From Tubiluchus corallicola (Eukaryota > Animalia > Priapulida), in the NCBI GenBank assembly GCA_030141605.1, contig JAQGDQ010002484.1, positions 1 through 19,507 on the forward strand: 19,507 nt of DNA, written 5' to 3'. Numbering within the stretch: the first letter of the stretch is position 1; every line of letters begins with the position of its first letter. This document shows positions 1 to 9,323 of the stretch, piece by piece. Position numbers and translations under genes: made by a program. The notes beneath the pieces are model-generated. The model saw only the letters and a list, made by a program, of their open reading frames with translations. It did no database searches and was not told the DNA's origin.

Positions 1-9
1 AAATCACTA

Positions 10-996
10 TCATAATGATTTTTCGCCTTTATTTGATACTATAAAATCTATATTATCATATATAGGTTGCATCCAAGGCTTTAGTTTTTCTTTTTCTGTT
101 CCTGGTAAGTATCCAAGATCTTTTCCCATTGGAACTATAGGTCTAGCTATATACAATTTATTAAATATTTTTCTTTCCACTACTTGTTCTAACCCTGAAG
201 CTACAGCTAATAATGTCTTCCCTGTTCCTGCTTTTCCAACTAGTGTCACAAGCTTTATATCACTATCAAATAATAATTCTAATGCAAATTTTTGTTCATC
301 ATTTCTAGCTCTAATATCCCATGCACTTATATCTCCATAAACAAGTTTATCTACTCTATCCTTATCCTTATTATATTTTCCTAAAGCTATTTTATCTCCT
401 TGTATAAATTTCACAAAAAAATTAGCTGCTTTTTCTAATGAAGTATCTCCTATTTCATTAAATTTTATTTTTCCACTAGCTTTGTATTTATTATAAATAT
501 CTTTAGAAATATTATACCCTACAATACCTTCATATAATTCATCTGCTCTAACTACATCCTTTTCATAGTCAACTACATTTAAAGACAAAGCATCTGCTTT
601 TATTCTCATATTTACATCTTTTGATATAAAGACTACTTCTCGGTTAATATATTTATTTTTTATACTAAGAATTACTTGTAAAATTCTATTATCCATGCTA
701 TCTTTTTTTAAGTCTTTAGGTAGTAAATCTGTCCCCTCCTCTAAATACACCCTAAAAAATATGTTATTTCTTTTTAACTTTACTCCTTTAGAAAGACATG
801 CCCCTGAAGATCTCATCTCATCTATCTCTCTAGCTACTCTTCTTGCAGAACTCCCTAGTAAACCAGGTTTCTTTTTTAAATTGTCTATTTCTTCTACAAC
901 AAAAATTGGTAAGTATACGTCATTATTTTTAAATGAATAAATAGCCTTTGGGTCATGTATCAATACATTTGTATCAAGTACAAATATTTTTCTCAT
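10..996 (-). CDS. PIN-PhoH (PhoH2/YlaK-like) protein, C-terminally truncated in this sequence
   Basis: N-terminal PIN motif (FVLDTNVLIHDP, DNRIL, SKDVNMRIKADA). PhoH ATPase Walker A GKAGTGKT and the family motif RPIVPMGKDLGYLPG. It stops at 328 aa, before the expected RGRS/DEAQN motifs. RBS GGAGGT upstream. Confidence 0.85.
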   Translation of the reverse strand: MRKIFVLDTNVLIHDPKAIYSFKNNDVYLPIFVVEEIDNLKKKPGLLGSSARRVAREIDEMRSSGACLSKGVKLKRNNIFFRVYLEEGTDLLPKDLKKDSMDNRILQVILSIKNKYINREVVFISKDVNMRIKADALSLNVVDYEKDVVRADELYEGIVGYNISKDIYNKYKASGKIKFNEIGDTSLEKAANFFVKFIQGDKIALGKYNKDKDRVDKLVYGDISAWDIRARNDEQKFALELLFDSDIKLVTLVGKAGTGKTLLAVASGLEQVVERKIFNKLYIARPIVPMGKDLGYLPGTEKEKLKPWMQPIYDNIDFIVSNKGEKSL

Positions 997-1008
997 TGTA
1001 GTTACCTC

Positions 1009-1608
1009 CTATTTTATATTTGACAAAACAGCCTTTATTGCTTCTTCTATAGTTATATATTTTTCAATATTTATTTGAGACACCATTTTTTCTCCTTCAC
1101 TTTCCTTATACCCTAAAGCTTCTAATGCTAATAATAAATCTTCCTTTAAAGTATTATGAGGGGCTATCTTGCTTTCACCTTCTTTACTAGAGAGTTTATT
1201 TACTGATGAAAGTTTTATTTTGTCTTTTATGTCAACTATTAGCTTTTGAGATTTTTTTTCTCCTAACCTGGGAACTTTAGTTAAGCTTTTTACATCATTA
1301 TCTATTACTAGACCTTCTAATTCTTCTGCACTATAAGTCGACAGTATAGCTAGAGCTAGTTGAAACCCTATGCCATTTACATTTATAAGTATTTCAAATA
1401 ACTCTCTTTCTTTTTCACTATAAAAACCTACCAATTTATATGTATCTTCTTTTATATAATTGTAGACGAAAACTTTACTTTTTTCGCCTTCTTTTATCCT
1501 TTCAAGGGTTTTTAAAGTTACAAAAAGCTTATATCCTACTCCCTTTATATCTACTACTATGTAACCTATTTTTTTTACTGATATTATTCCTAATAAATAG
1601 TCAAACAT
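1009..1608 (-). CDS. ruvA: Holliday junction branch migration protein RuvA
   Basis: MFDYLLG...GVGY N-terminus, HhH motifs (VNGIG, VPRLGEKKSQKLIVDIK) and C-terminal ALEALGY; 199 aa. Confidence 0.95.
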   Translation of the reverse strand: MFDYLLGIISVKKIGYIVVDIKGVGYKLFVTLKTLERIKEGEKSKVFVYNYIKEDTYKLVGFYSEKERELFEILINVNGIGFQLALAILSTYSAEELEGLVIDNDVKSLTKVPRLGEKKSQKLIVDIKDKIKLSSVNKLSSKEGESKIAPHNTLKEDLLLALEALGYKESEGEKMVSQINIEKYITIEEAIKAVLSNIK

Positions 1609-1621
1609 ACACGCGTACTCC

Positions 1622-4453
1622 TTATTTTATAATTTTTTTCAAATAACACCCTGTATGGCTTTTTTTCTTTTTCATTATTTCTTCTGGAGTTCCACAAGCT
1701 ATTATCTGACCACCTTTATCTCCACCTTCAGGCCCTACATCTATTATATAATCTGCTGTTTTTATTACATCTAAATTATGTTCTATTATAACTACACTAT
1801 TTTCTTTTTCTACTAATCTGTTTAAAACAGATAGTAGCTTTTTTATGTCATCAAAATGTAGACCTGTAGTTGGTTCATCTAAAATATATATTGTATGACC
1901 CTTTGATTGCTTAGAAAGTTCTGTTGCCAGCTTTATTCTTTGAGCTTCTCCACCTGATAATGTTGTTGCTGGTTGCCCTAACTTTATATAATCTAAACCA
2001 ACATCTATTAAAACTTTTAATTTTCTTTCTAAAGCTGGTATTTTTTCAAAAAACTTATATGCCTCTCCTACACTAAGCTCTAATACATCATATATTGTTT
2101 TTCCTTTATAGTGAATGTCTAAAGTTTCTTTATTGTACCTTTTCCCATTACATGTTTCACATTCTACATATACATCAGGTAAAAAATTCATTTCTATTTT
2201 TATTATTCCAGCACCTTGACATGCCTCACATCTTCCACCTTTCACATTGAAAGAAAATCTTCCTTTTTTATACCCTTTTATTTTTGCTTCTTTTGTTTCT
2301 GCAAATAAATCTCTTATTACATCAAATAATTTGGTGTACGTTGCAGGGTTTGATCTAGGAGTTCTTCCTATTGGACTTTGATCTATTTCTATTACTTTAT
2401 CTAAATTTTCTAGTCCATCTAATGATTTATATGGTAAAGGATACAGTTTGCCTTTATTTAATTTATTAAATAATATTGGGTATAATGTTTGTGTAATTAG
2501 CGAGGATTTTCCGCTTCCACTTACTCCTGTTATTAATGACAATACTCCAAGTGGTATTTCAAGGTTGACATTTTTCAAGTTATTTCCACTTGCACCTTTT
2601 AGCTTTATAGTTTTATCAAACTTTCTTCTTTTTTTAGGAAGTTCTATTTTTAGAGTTCCTTTTAAAAATTTACCTGTTAGCGATTTGTTATTATCCATTA
2701 TTTCATCTGCTTTTCCTTCTGCTACTACTTCCCCCCCATGTATTCCAGCTTTTGGGCCTAAATCTATTATATGATCTGCTTGAAACATTGTTTCTTCGTC
2801 ATGTTCAACCACTATTAAAGTATTTCCAAGTTCTTTTAACCTATTTAATGTCTTTAATAGCTTTTCATTATCTCTTTGATGAAGACCTATGCTTGGTTCA
2901 TCTAAAACATATAATACTCCTGTAAGACCTGATCCTATTTGTGTAGCAAGCCGTATTCTCTGACTTTCTCCTCCAGAAAGCGTCTTTGTAGTTCTAGATA
3001 GTGTTAAATAATCAAGCCCTACATTTATCATAAAAAATAATCTTTCTTTTATTTCTTTTAATATCTCTTTTGAAATTTTTTCTTCTTTTTTTGTAAGTTT
3101 CAAGTCTTCAAAAAAATTAAGTGCTTCTTTTACACTTACTTCGCATATCTCCATTATATTTTTTCCATTTACTTCAACTGCAAGTACTTCTGGCTTCAAT
3201 TTTTTACCACTACAAACTTTACATTCAGTTTCTATCATATATTTTTTTTCTATTTCTTCTTTCATCGAGTCAGAAGAAGTTTCATAGTATCTTCTTTCTA
3301 GATTATTTACTAAGCCTTCAAACTCTTTTGTTCCTGAAAAGCTATATTCTTTGCCTATATAATCTATTTTAAATTTCTTACCTTTTGAGCCATAAAATAT
3401 AATATCTTTTTTTTCTTTAGAAATGTTTTTAAATGGTGTGTTCAGATCTATTTTAAATTTTTTTGCCATTGCTTCAAATATTGTCCATATATACCCTTTT
3501 TTACCTGAAGATGCTCCAGGAATATATAATCCTCCCTCTGCAATTGATAAATTTTCATCTATTATTAATTTGTTTGAATCCACCTCTAGCTTTTTCCCTA
3601 TACCTTTGCATTCTGAACACGCTCCAAAAGGAGCATTAAAAGAAAACAATCTCGGGGTAAGGTCTGGTATAGATATATCATGGTTTGGGCATGTAAAGTT
3701 TTCACTATAATTATTATCTTTTCCTTCTACATTTACTATTACCCTTCCTGAAGCTAATCCTGTTGATATCTCTATAGCTTCTGTTAATCTAGTCAAAAAT
3801 TCTTTATCTTTCTTCTTTAAAACCAGCCTATCTACTACAACTTCTATGGTATGTTTTTTATTTTTATTTAAATTTATTTCATCTTCCAAATAAAGCACTT
3901 CTCCGTTAACCCTTACTCTTGCAAAGCCTTTTTTCAATAAATTTAAAAACAGGTTTTTATGAGTACCCTTTTGACCTTTAATTACTGGTGATAGTATAAT
4001 TAATTTATCTTTTTCATTAAATTTTTTAATTACAATATTTACTATCTCCTCTATACTTTGCTTTTCTACTATTTCATTACAAATAGGGCAATGTGCTGTT
4101 CCTATGTGAGCAAAAAGTAGTCTCATATAATCATATATTTCTGTCATTGTACCAACTATAGATCTTGGGTTTTTATTTGTTGTTTTTTGTTCTATTGATA
4201 TTGCTGGAGATAGTCCTTCTATGCTATCCATATCTGGCTTTGTCATTTGACCTATAAATTGCCTTGCATATGCAGACAAGCTTTCAACATATCTTCTTTG
4301 GCCTTCTGAATAAATAGTATCAAATGCTAGTGATGATTTTCCACTTCCACTTACTCCTGTTATTACTACGAATTTATTTTTAGGAATTTCAAGATTAATA
4401 TTTTTTAAATTATGTTCTCTAGCTCCTTTTATTATAATTTTATTATTTTGCAT
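1622..4453 (-). CDS. uvrA: Excinuclease ABC subunit A
   Basis: GAREHNLKN, two Walker A motifs GVSGSGKSS, two LSGGE signatures, zinc-finger CxxC pairs and EGQRRYVESLS; 943 aa; RBS AGGAGG. Confidence 0.98.
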   Translation of the reverse strand: MQNNKIIIKGAREHNLKNINLEIPKNKFVVITGVSGSGKSSLAFDTIYSEGQRRYVESLSAYARQFIGQMTKPDMDSIEGLSPAISIEQKTTNKNPRSIVGTMTEIYDYMRLLFAHIGTAHCPICNEIVEKQSIEEIVNIVIKKFNEKDKLIILSPVIKGQKGTHKNLFLNLLKKGFARVRVNGEVLYLEDEINLNKNKKHTIEVVVDRLVLKKKDKEFLTRLTEAIEISTGLASGRVIVNVEGKDNNYSENFTCPNHDISIPDLTPRLFSFNAPFGACSECKGIGKKLEVDSNKLIIDENLSIAEGGLYIPGASSGKKGYIWTIFEAMAKKFKIDLNTPFKNISKEKKDIIFYGSKGKKFKIDYIGKEYSFSGTKEFEGLVNNLERRYYETSSDSMKEEIEKKYMIETECKVCSGKKLKPEVLAVEVNGKNIMEICEVSVKEALNFFEDLKLTKKEEKISKEILKEIKERLFFMINVGLDYLTLSRTTKTLSGGESQRIRLATQIGSGLTGVLYVLDEPSIGLHQRDNEKLLKTLNRLKELGNTLIVVEHDEETMFQADHIIDLGPKAGIHGGEVVAEGKADEIMDNNKSLTGKFLKGTLKIELPKKRRKFDKTIKLKGASGNNLKNVNLEIPLGVLSLITGVSGSGKSSLITQTLYPILFNKLNKGKLYPLPYKSLDGLENLDKVIEIDQSPIGRTPRSNPATYTKLFDVIRDLFAETKEAKIKGYKKGRFSFNVKGGRCEACQGAGIIKIEMNFLPDVYVECETCNGKRYNKETLDIHYKGKTIYDVLELSVGEAYKFFEKIPALERKLKVLIDVGLDYIKLGQPATTLSGGEAQRIKLATELSKQSKGHTIYILDEPTTGLHFDDIKKLLSVLNRLVEKENSVVIIEHNLDVIKTADYIIDVGPEGGDKGGQIIACGTPEEIMKKKKSHTGCYLKKIIK

Positions 4454-4675
4454 GTAACTTCCTCCTAAGTATTACTAATAACATTTTACTTCAGTATTTT
4501 GATCATTTATCTTTTTCTATATTTTAAAAATCAATATATTCTATAATAAATAAAATAATTATTATATATCTATAGTAATAGTTTTATTGTATGTTTTTCT
4601 AATTCAACCACATAAATGATCTTTAGTTATATTTTAAAACACTTTATTATCTTTATTTAAAATAAAGTTAAAATA

Positions 4676-5284
4676 TTATTTTGTGTCTTTTTCTATTTTT
4701 CTTCTGTCTTCTAAGGCTCTTGCTAAGGTAGCCATATCAGAGTATTCTATATTACCTCCCATTGGCAGACCACTTGCTAGTTTTGTTATGTTAATTTTAG
4801 AGTTATTAAATAACTTTGTTAAATACATTCCTGTAGCTTCCCCTTCTAAGTTAGGGTTTAAAGCTAGTATTATTTCTTCTATTTCATTTTCCACCACTCG
4901 CTTTATTAAAGCTTCTATATTTAATTTATCTGGAGTCATTCCATTTAGCAAATCTATTACTCCGTTTAACACATGGTAAGTTCCTTTGTAGGTCCCTGAT
5001 TTTTCCATAGCTATTATGTCTCTTATATCTTCTACTACACAAATTAATTTTTTATCCCTATTTGTATCACTACAAATTTCACAAATTTCGTATTCTGTTA
5101 TATTTCCACATATTTTGCATCGTTTTACCTTTTCCTTAGCTTCATTTAGTATTTTTATAAAGTTTTTTACCTCTTCTTTATCTTTTTCTAAAAAATAAAA
5201 CGCCAATCTAGTAGCTGACTTTTTGCCAAGACCAGGAAATTTATTAAATTCATCTATAAGTTGACTTATTATGTTCGCTTTCAT
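4676..5284 (-). CDS. recR: Recombination mediator RecR
   Basis: HhH motif FPGLGKKSATRLAF, C4 zinc finger (CKIC...CEIC) and Toprim domain (CVVED, YHVLNG, EGEAT). Start moved to the ATG at 5284 (MKANII), which has RBS AGGAGGG; the ORF-track extension to 5338 runs into IS sequence. Confidence 0.96.
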   Translation of the reverse strand: MKANIISQLIDEFNKFPGLGKKSATRLAFYFLEKDKEEVKNFIKILNEAKEKVKRCKICGNITEYEICEICSDTNRDKKLICVVEDIRDIIAMEKSGTYKGTYHVLNGVIDLLNGMTPDKLNIEALIKRVVENEIEEIILALNPNLEGEATGMYLTKLFNNSKINITKLASGLPMGGNIEYSDMATLARALEDRRKIEKDTK

Positions 5285-5306
5285 AAACCCTCCTAATACT
5301 TTATTT

Positions 5307-5960
5307 ATAATTGATGCTCTATACATGTACTTTGTCAATAATTCTTATACTAGAGCTATTTCTAAACTTTTTAAAGATAGATATGATTTTTACACTTCTC
5401 ATGTTTCAATGCACAAATTGATTAATAAATTCTATTATGTCTTTAAGTATATTTCTAAATCACTTATACCTGGTTCTTTAAATCAATTTGATGAGTAGCA
5501 TGTTGATGAAACTGTTATTAATATCCATGGTAATAGATTCTATATTTGGACTCTTATTGACTCTGAAACTATATATCTTATTGATTACCACCTTACTGAA
5601 TCTAGAAAAGCTAGTGAAGCTCTTGCATTATTTTATTATGCTAAGAAGTCACACAGCTCTCAAAAATCTATTGTTTCTGATAGACTTCTTAGCTCCACTA
5701 TGCCAGCTAAAACTATTTTTAATAAATCAAAACATATTAAAGTTTAAAAGTTTTTTGATAATGTTGATAATAATTTAAAGCTCATTATAAAGCTAAAAGA
5801 GGCCTAAAGCCATTTAAGTCTACTTAATAAACTTTTAACTTCATTTTTCTTCTTTTACAACTATATTAGACCTCATGGTAGCCTTGGTAACTATACTCCT
5901 TCCAGAGTAGCTGGTGTTAAATATTCTGAAATTTCTAGAAAAAATTTATTACTTTTTCTA
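5307..5960 (+). pseudogene. IS6-family DDE transposase pseudogene
   Basis: Manual translation: ...SHVSMHKLINKF...FDE*HVDETVINIHGNRFYIWTLIDSET...SIVSDRL...HIKV*KFFDNVDNNL/frameshift/KAHYKAKRG.../frameshift/FYNYIRPHGSLGNYTPSRVAG. TAG at 5496-5498 replaces the W of WHVDET, there is a TAA at 5745-5747, and the catalytic Glu segment after NNL is missing. End coordinate is approximate. Confidence 0.85.
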
Positions 5961-6122
5961 ATTCTTTGCTTTATTTCTTGACTTAACCACAGTTTCTGTA
6001 GTATTTTGTTTTTTTATTAATTTTGGTAATTCGTTTTTTACAACATTATTTTACTTTTTAGGAATTTACTTTTCACATTTCCCTTATTTTTTTTATGTTT
6101 TTCATTCTAAGCTAACAGACTC
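5307..6122 (+). mobile_element. Degenerate IS6-family insertion sequence remnant (left end lost, right inverted repeat apparently retained)
   Basis: Contains a decayed DDE transposase. It ends in CTAACAGACTC (6112-6122; reverse complement GAGTCTGTTAG, resembling the IS6 end GGTTCTGTTG). It is flanked by identical 8-mers CTTTATTT at 5299-5306 and 6123-6130, a candidate target-site duplication. Confidence 0.75.
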
Positions 6123-6163
6123 CTTTATTTACATAACTTTAATATCAAGCAATAACACTATCT

Positions 6164-6192
6164 ATTTTATACTATAATGTATATTTTTTCAA
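6164..6192 (-). promoter_or_regulatory. Putative sigma70 promoter for recR
   Basis: Minus strand TTGAAA-17 bp-TAAAAT, located after the pncB terminator and pointing toward the IS remnant and recR. Confidence 0.55.
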
Positions 6193-6238
6193 TATAAATT
6201 ATAAAGACAAATATTAATTTTATGAAATCTTAATAAGT

Positions 6239-6270
6239 AAAAAATCCTCTGTTAAATTTTTAGAGGATTT
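6239..6270 (-). terminator. Intrinsic terminator after pncB
   Basis: Inverted repeat AAATCCTCT-N11-AGAGGATTT ending in a T run on the minus strand, just after the stop codon. Confidence 0.7.
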
Positions 6271-6274
6271 AATA

Positions 6275-7798
6275 TTAATTAAAATTTTTTTCTATTTTAT
6301 TTGTTATTTTTTTTATAAGTTTATATTTTTCATTAAATAAATCATTTGATAAGTCTATCTTATATTTATGAGGGTTTCTAAGTCTTTTTCTTTCTACTGC
6401 TATTTTTTCTAGTGAATTTTTATAATGTTTCATTGAGTTTTTTACATCTAGCATTTCTTTTGAAGCCTCTTGTGCTTTCCCATTCTTTACAAGATGATTA
6501 GTTAATTTTTTATAAGTATACTCACCTTTTTCTAATACACTTTTATTAAATTTATATTTTTCATCTCTAATAACTATTTTTTCATGCTTAAGTATATTTT
6601 CCCTGTCTTTATCCAATTTTTCTGCAAAAGTTATTAAGTCAGCGTAAGCCAATTCATTTTTATCGTATATTCTATACACCTCTTTAAATCCTGGATTTGT
6701 TATTTTTATAATATCTTCTGACAATTTTATAACAGATTCACTATTTATTTCTACAAGCTTATATACTCCTCCAAAACAAGGTTTAGATTTACTTACAGAT
6801 ATTTCATCTCCTACACCAAACATGTCTACTTCCACTTTTTGTTCAAGTAATGATTTTATTAAATTTTCATCTAAGCTATTAGTTAACACTATTTTAGCAT
6901 TTTTTAATCCTGCACTATTTAATTCTTCTCTGCATTTTTTAGATAGATAGGCTAAATCTCCAGAATCTATTCTTACTCCATAATATCCTTTATAGTTATC
7001 ATCTATTCTATTTTTCTTAAAAGCTTTAATAGCATTTTTAAGACCTATACCTAAGGTGTCATATGTATCTATTAGTAGTACTAAAGTATTATTTTCTCTA
7101 TTTTTTCTATATTTTATAAATTTATCAAATGCTATAAATTCAGCCTCTGATCCAACCCCAAAGGCTTCTACATAAGAATGGGCCATTGTTCCTATACTCT
7201 GCAAACTATACTTATATTCTGTCATTATATTTGAGTGAGAACTACATCCTCCTATCATTGCAGCCTTTGTTCCTGATATAGCACTATCAAATCCATGAGC
7301 CCTTCTGCTTCCAAATGAAGATACTGGTATATTTCCTGCTGCTCTAGTTACTCTAGAAGCTTTTGAAGCTACTGCCATTTGTAGATTTAGAATATTTAGT
7401 ATTGGAGTTTCTAAAATTTTACCTTCTATTAGAGGAGCTTTTACTGTAACTATAGGTTCGTTAGCATATACTATCTCTCCATCTTTCATTCCATAAATAT
7501 CTCCAGAAAACTTTATATTTATTAAATAATCTAAAAGGTCTTTTTCTGTTATTATTTTAGAATAATATCTATATTTTTCATCTTTTGTTGTATTATTTAG
7601 TATTTCTATAAGTTGTATTACTTCTCTTACTCCTGAGACTACTGCAAAGCCTTCATCAATATATTTTCTGTAAAACATATCGAAAACAGCTATTTTATCT
7701 TGCATATTTTCTTGTAAAAACACATCACTTTCTGTATATTGGTATCTATCCGAGTTTATCACCCTTGCAAACTCTGTTAACATTTCTTCCTTATACAC
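6275..7798 (-). CDS. pncB: Nicotinate phosphoribosyltransferase
   Basis: AVFDMFYR, LETPILN, FGSRRAHG, GTMAHS (phospho-His), LIDTYD, GVRIDSGDL and GGVYKL; GTG start with RBS GAGGTG. Confidence 0.95.
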   Translation of the reverse strand: MYKEEMLTEFARVINSDRYQYTESDVFLQENMQDKIAVFDMFYRKYIDEGFAVVSGVREVIQLIEILNNTTKDEKYRYYSKIITEKDLLDYLINIKFSGDIYGMKDGEIVYANEPIVTVKAPLIEGKILETPILNILNLQMAVASKASRVTRAAGNIPVSSFGSRRAHGFDSAISGTKAAMIGGCSSHSNIMTEYKYSLQSIGTMAHSYVEAFGVGSEAEFIAFDKFIKYRKNRENNTLVLLIDTYDTLGIGLKNAIKAFKKNRIDDNYKGYYGVRIDSGDLAYLSKKCREELNSAGLKNAKIVLTNSLDENLIKSLLEQKVEVDMFGVGDEISVSKSKPCFGGVYKLVEINSESVIKLSEDIIKITNPGFKEVYRIYDKNELAYADLITFAEKLDKDRENILKHEKIVIRDEKYKFNKSVLEKGEYTYKKLTNHLVKNGKAQEASKEMLDVKNSMKHYKNSLEKIAVERKRLRNPHKYKIDLSNDLFNEKYKLIKKITNKIEKNFN

Positions 7799-7836
7799 TT
7801 TTCACCTCATAATTATGAATAAATATAAAATTCACT

Positions 7837-7864
7837 AAAAAAAAACTGTAGCATATACTACAGT
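7837..7864 (-). terminator. Intrinsic terminator after pyk
   Basis: ACTGTAG-N6-CTACAGT hairpin ending in a 9-T run on the minus strand. Confidence 0.75.
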
Positions 7865-7868
7865 CTTT

Positions 7869-9278
7869 TTATAGCGATACTACTTTTAAATTATTTGTTG
7901 TGCCTGGATTAAACACTTCTTCCCCACAGCTTACAACTATTAGCTCTCCATCTTTAGCTAAGTTATTTCCTAACAATACTTTTCTTGTTTCTTCTATAAG
8001 TTCTTCCATATTTTTAACACTTTTAGCCACATCACAGTACACTCCTCTTGATAACATTAACTGCCTAGCTGTTTTTTCATTATTCGTTATCGCTAAAATA
8101 AAAGCTTTTGGAAAGTATTTTCTAAGTGCCCTTGCTGATCGTCCTGTTTCTGTTGCAGAAACAATAACTTTTGCTCTCAATGCATCTGCTACCTCAACAC
8201 TTCCCTTAGCAATCGCCTCAGTTATAGTTACTTCTCCAATGTACTCCCTTGTAAAGTTTGGAACCACAAAATCTGTTTTTTCACATATATTTGCCATGGT
8301 TTTTACTGCATTTATAGGATATTTTCCTTTCGCTGTTTCCCCAGAAAGCATTACTGCATCTGTTCCATCTAATATTGCATTTGCCACATCACTAGCCTCT
8401 GCTCTAGTAGGTCTAGGATTTTTTATCATTGAATCTAACATTTGAGTTGCTGTTATAACCATTTTTCCAACATTATTACATTTTGTAATCATTAATTTTT
8501 GAGCAAATGGCACATCTTCTGTTGGAATCTCTACTCCTAAATCTCCCCTTGCAACCATTATACCATCAGATACATCAAGTATCTCGTCAAATTTTTCTAT
8601 TCCCTCTTCATTTTCTATTTTAGATATAATTTTTATATCTTTTCCACCATTTTTATCTAATACTTTTCTTACTTGCATAACATCTTCTTTTTTTCTTATA
8701 AATGAGGCTGCTATAAAGTCTACACCTTGTTCACATCCAAATTTTAAATCAGATATATCTTTTTCTGCAAGAGCTGGCAATTGTACTGAAACGCTTGGTA
8801 AATTTACACCTTTATTTTCTCCTAAATCTCCACTGTTTCTTAATAAACATTTTACTTCGTTACCAGTTATTTCTTTCACTTCAAATTCTAAATTTCCATC
8901 ATCAACTAAAATTATATTTCCTGGTCTAAGGTCATTTGCAAAACCTTCATAAGTTACTGCTACTTTATTTGTATTTCCTATTACTGATTTATCAGTTGTA
9001 AAGGTAAATTCCTGCCCTGCTACCAAAGACACATCTTTTCCATTTTCCAATTTAATAGTTCTTATTTCTGGTCCCTTTGTATCTAGTAGTATTGCTACCT
9101 TCCTATTTGTTTCTGCCATTATTTGTCTTATCGTTTCTATTCTAGCCCCATGCTCCTCATAGTCCCCATGAGAAAAGTTAAGTCTCATTACATTCATTCC
9201 AGATTCAACAAGCTGTTTCATTACATCTTTACTTTCAGAGGCAGGTCCTATAGTACATACTATTTTCGTTTTTTTCAC
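7869..9278 (-). CDS. pyk: Pyruvate kinase (PykF type)
   Basis: KTKIVCTIGP, RLNFSHG, DTKGPEIR, KIEN, MVARGDLGVE, TATQMLDSM and DAVMLSGETAKG; GTG start with RBS AGGAGG. Confidence 0.98.
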   Translation of the reverse strand: MKKTKIVCTIGPASESKDVMKQLVESGMNVMRLNFSHGDYEEHGARIETIRQIMAETNRKVAILLDTKGPEIRTIKLENGKDVSLVAGQEFTFTTDKSVIGNTNKVAVTYEGFANDLRPGNIILVDDGNLEFEVKEITGNEVKCLLRNSGDLGENKGVNLPSVSVQLPALAEKDISDLKFGCEQGVDFIAASFIRKKEDVMQVRKVLDKNGGKDIKIISKIENEEGIEKFDEILDVSDGIMVARGDLGVEIPTEDVPFAQKLMITKCNNVGKMVITATQMLDSMIKNPRPTRAEASDVANAILDGTDAVMLSGETAKGKYPINAVKTMANICEKTDFVVPNFTREYIGEVTITEAIAKGSVEVADALRAKVIVSATETGRSARALRKYFPKAFILAITNNEKTARQLMLSRGVYCDVAKSVKNMEELIEETRKVLLGNNLAKDGELIVVSCGEEVFNPGTTNNLKVVSL

Positions 9279-9323
9279 AATATTTCCTCCTAAAATTATT
9301 TTATTTTCAGAATATTTTAAACA

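Noticed and set aside
10-12. TGA recoding (genetic code 4/25 or selenocysteine) to rescue the PhoH frame
   Set aside because: The TGA is followed immediately by TAG, and the other genes translate fully under the standard code.
4454-4675. SOS/LexA box upstream of uvrA; palindrome CTTTATTT-A-AAATAAAG at 4651-4667
   Set aside because: No match to CTGT-N8-ACAG or GAAC-N4-GTTC was seen. The palindrome is almost all A/T and plausible by chance.
695-5198. Plus-strand ORFs 695-940, 1440-1646, 2448-2774, 3121-3372, 3423-3710, 4683-4979 and 5016-5198
   Set aside because: Antisense shadows of well-conserved phoH, ruvA, uvrA and recR, with no recognisable motifs.
5285-5338. N-terminal extension of RecR in the ORF track
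   Set aside because: It spans the real SD and antisense IS sequence; the ATG at 5284 has a strong RBS and gives a normal RecR length.
5271-5778. ORFs 5271-5498 and 5488-5778 as small proteins (for example a toxin-antitoxin pair)
   Set aside because: The first is a fragment of the IS6 transposase frame and the second is an off-frame reading of the same pseudogene.
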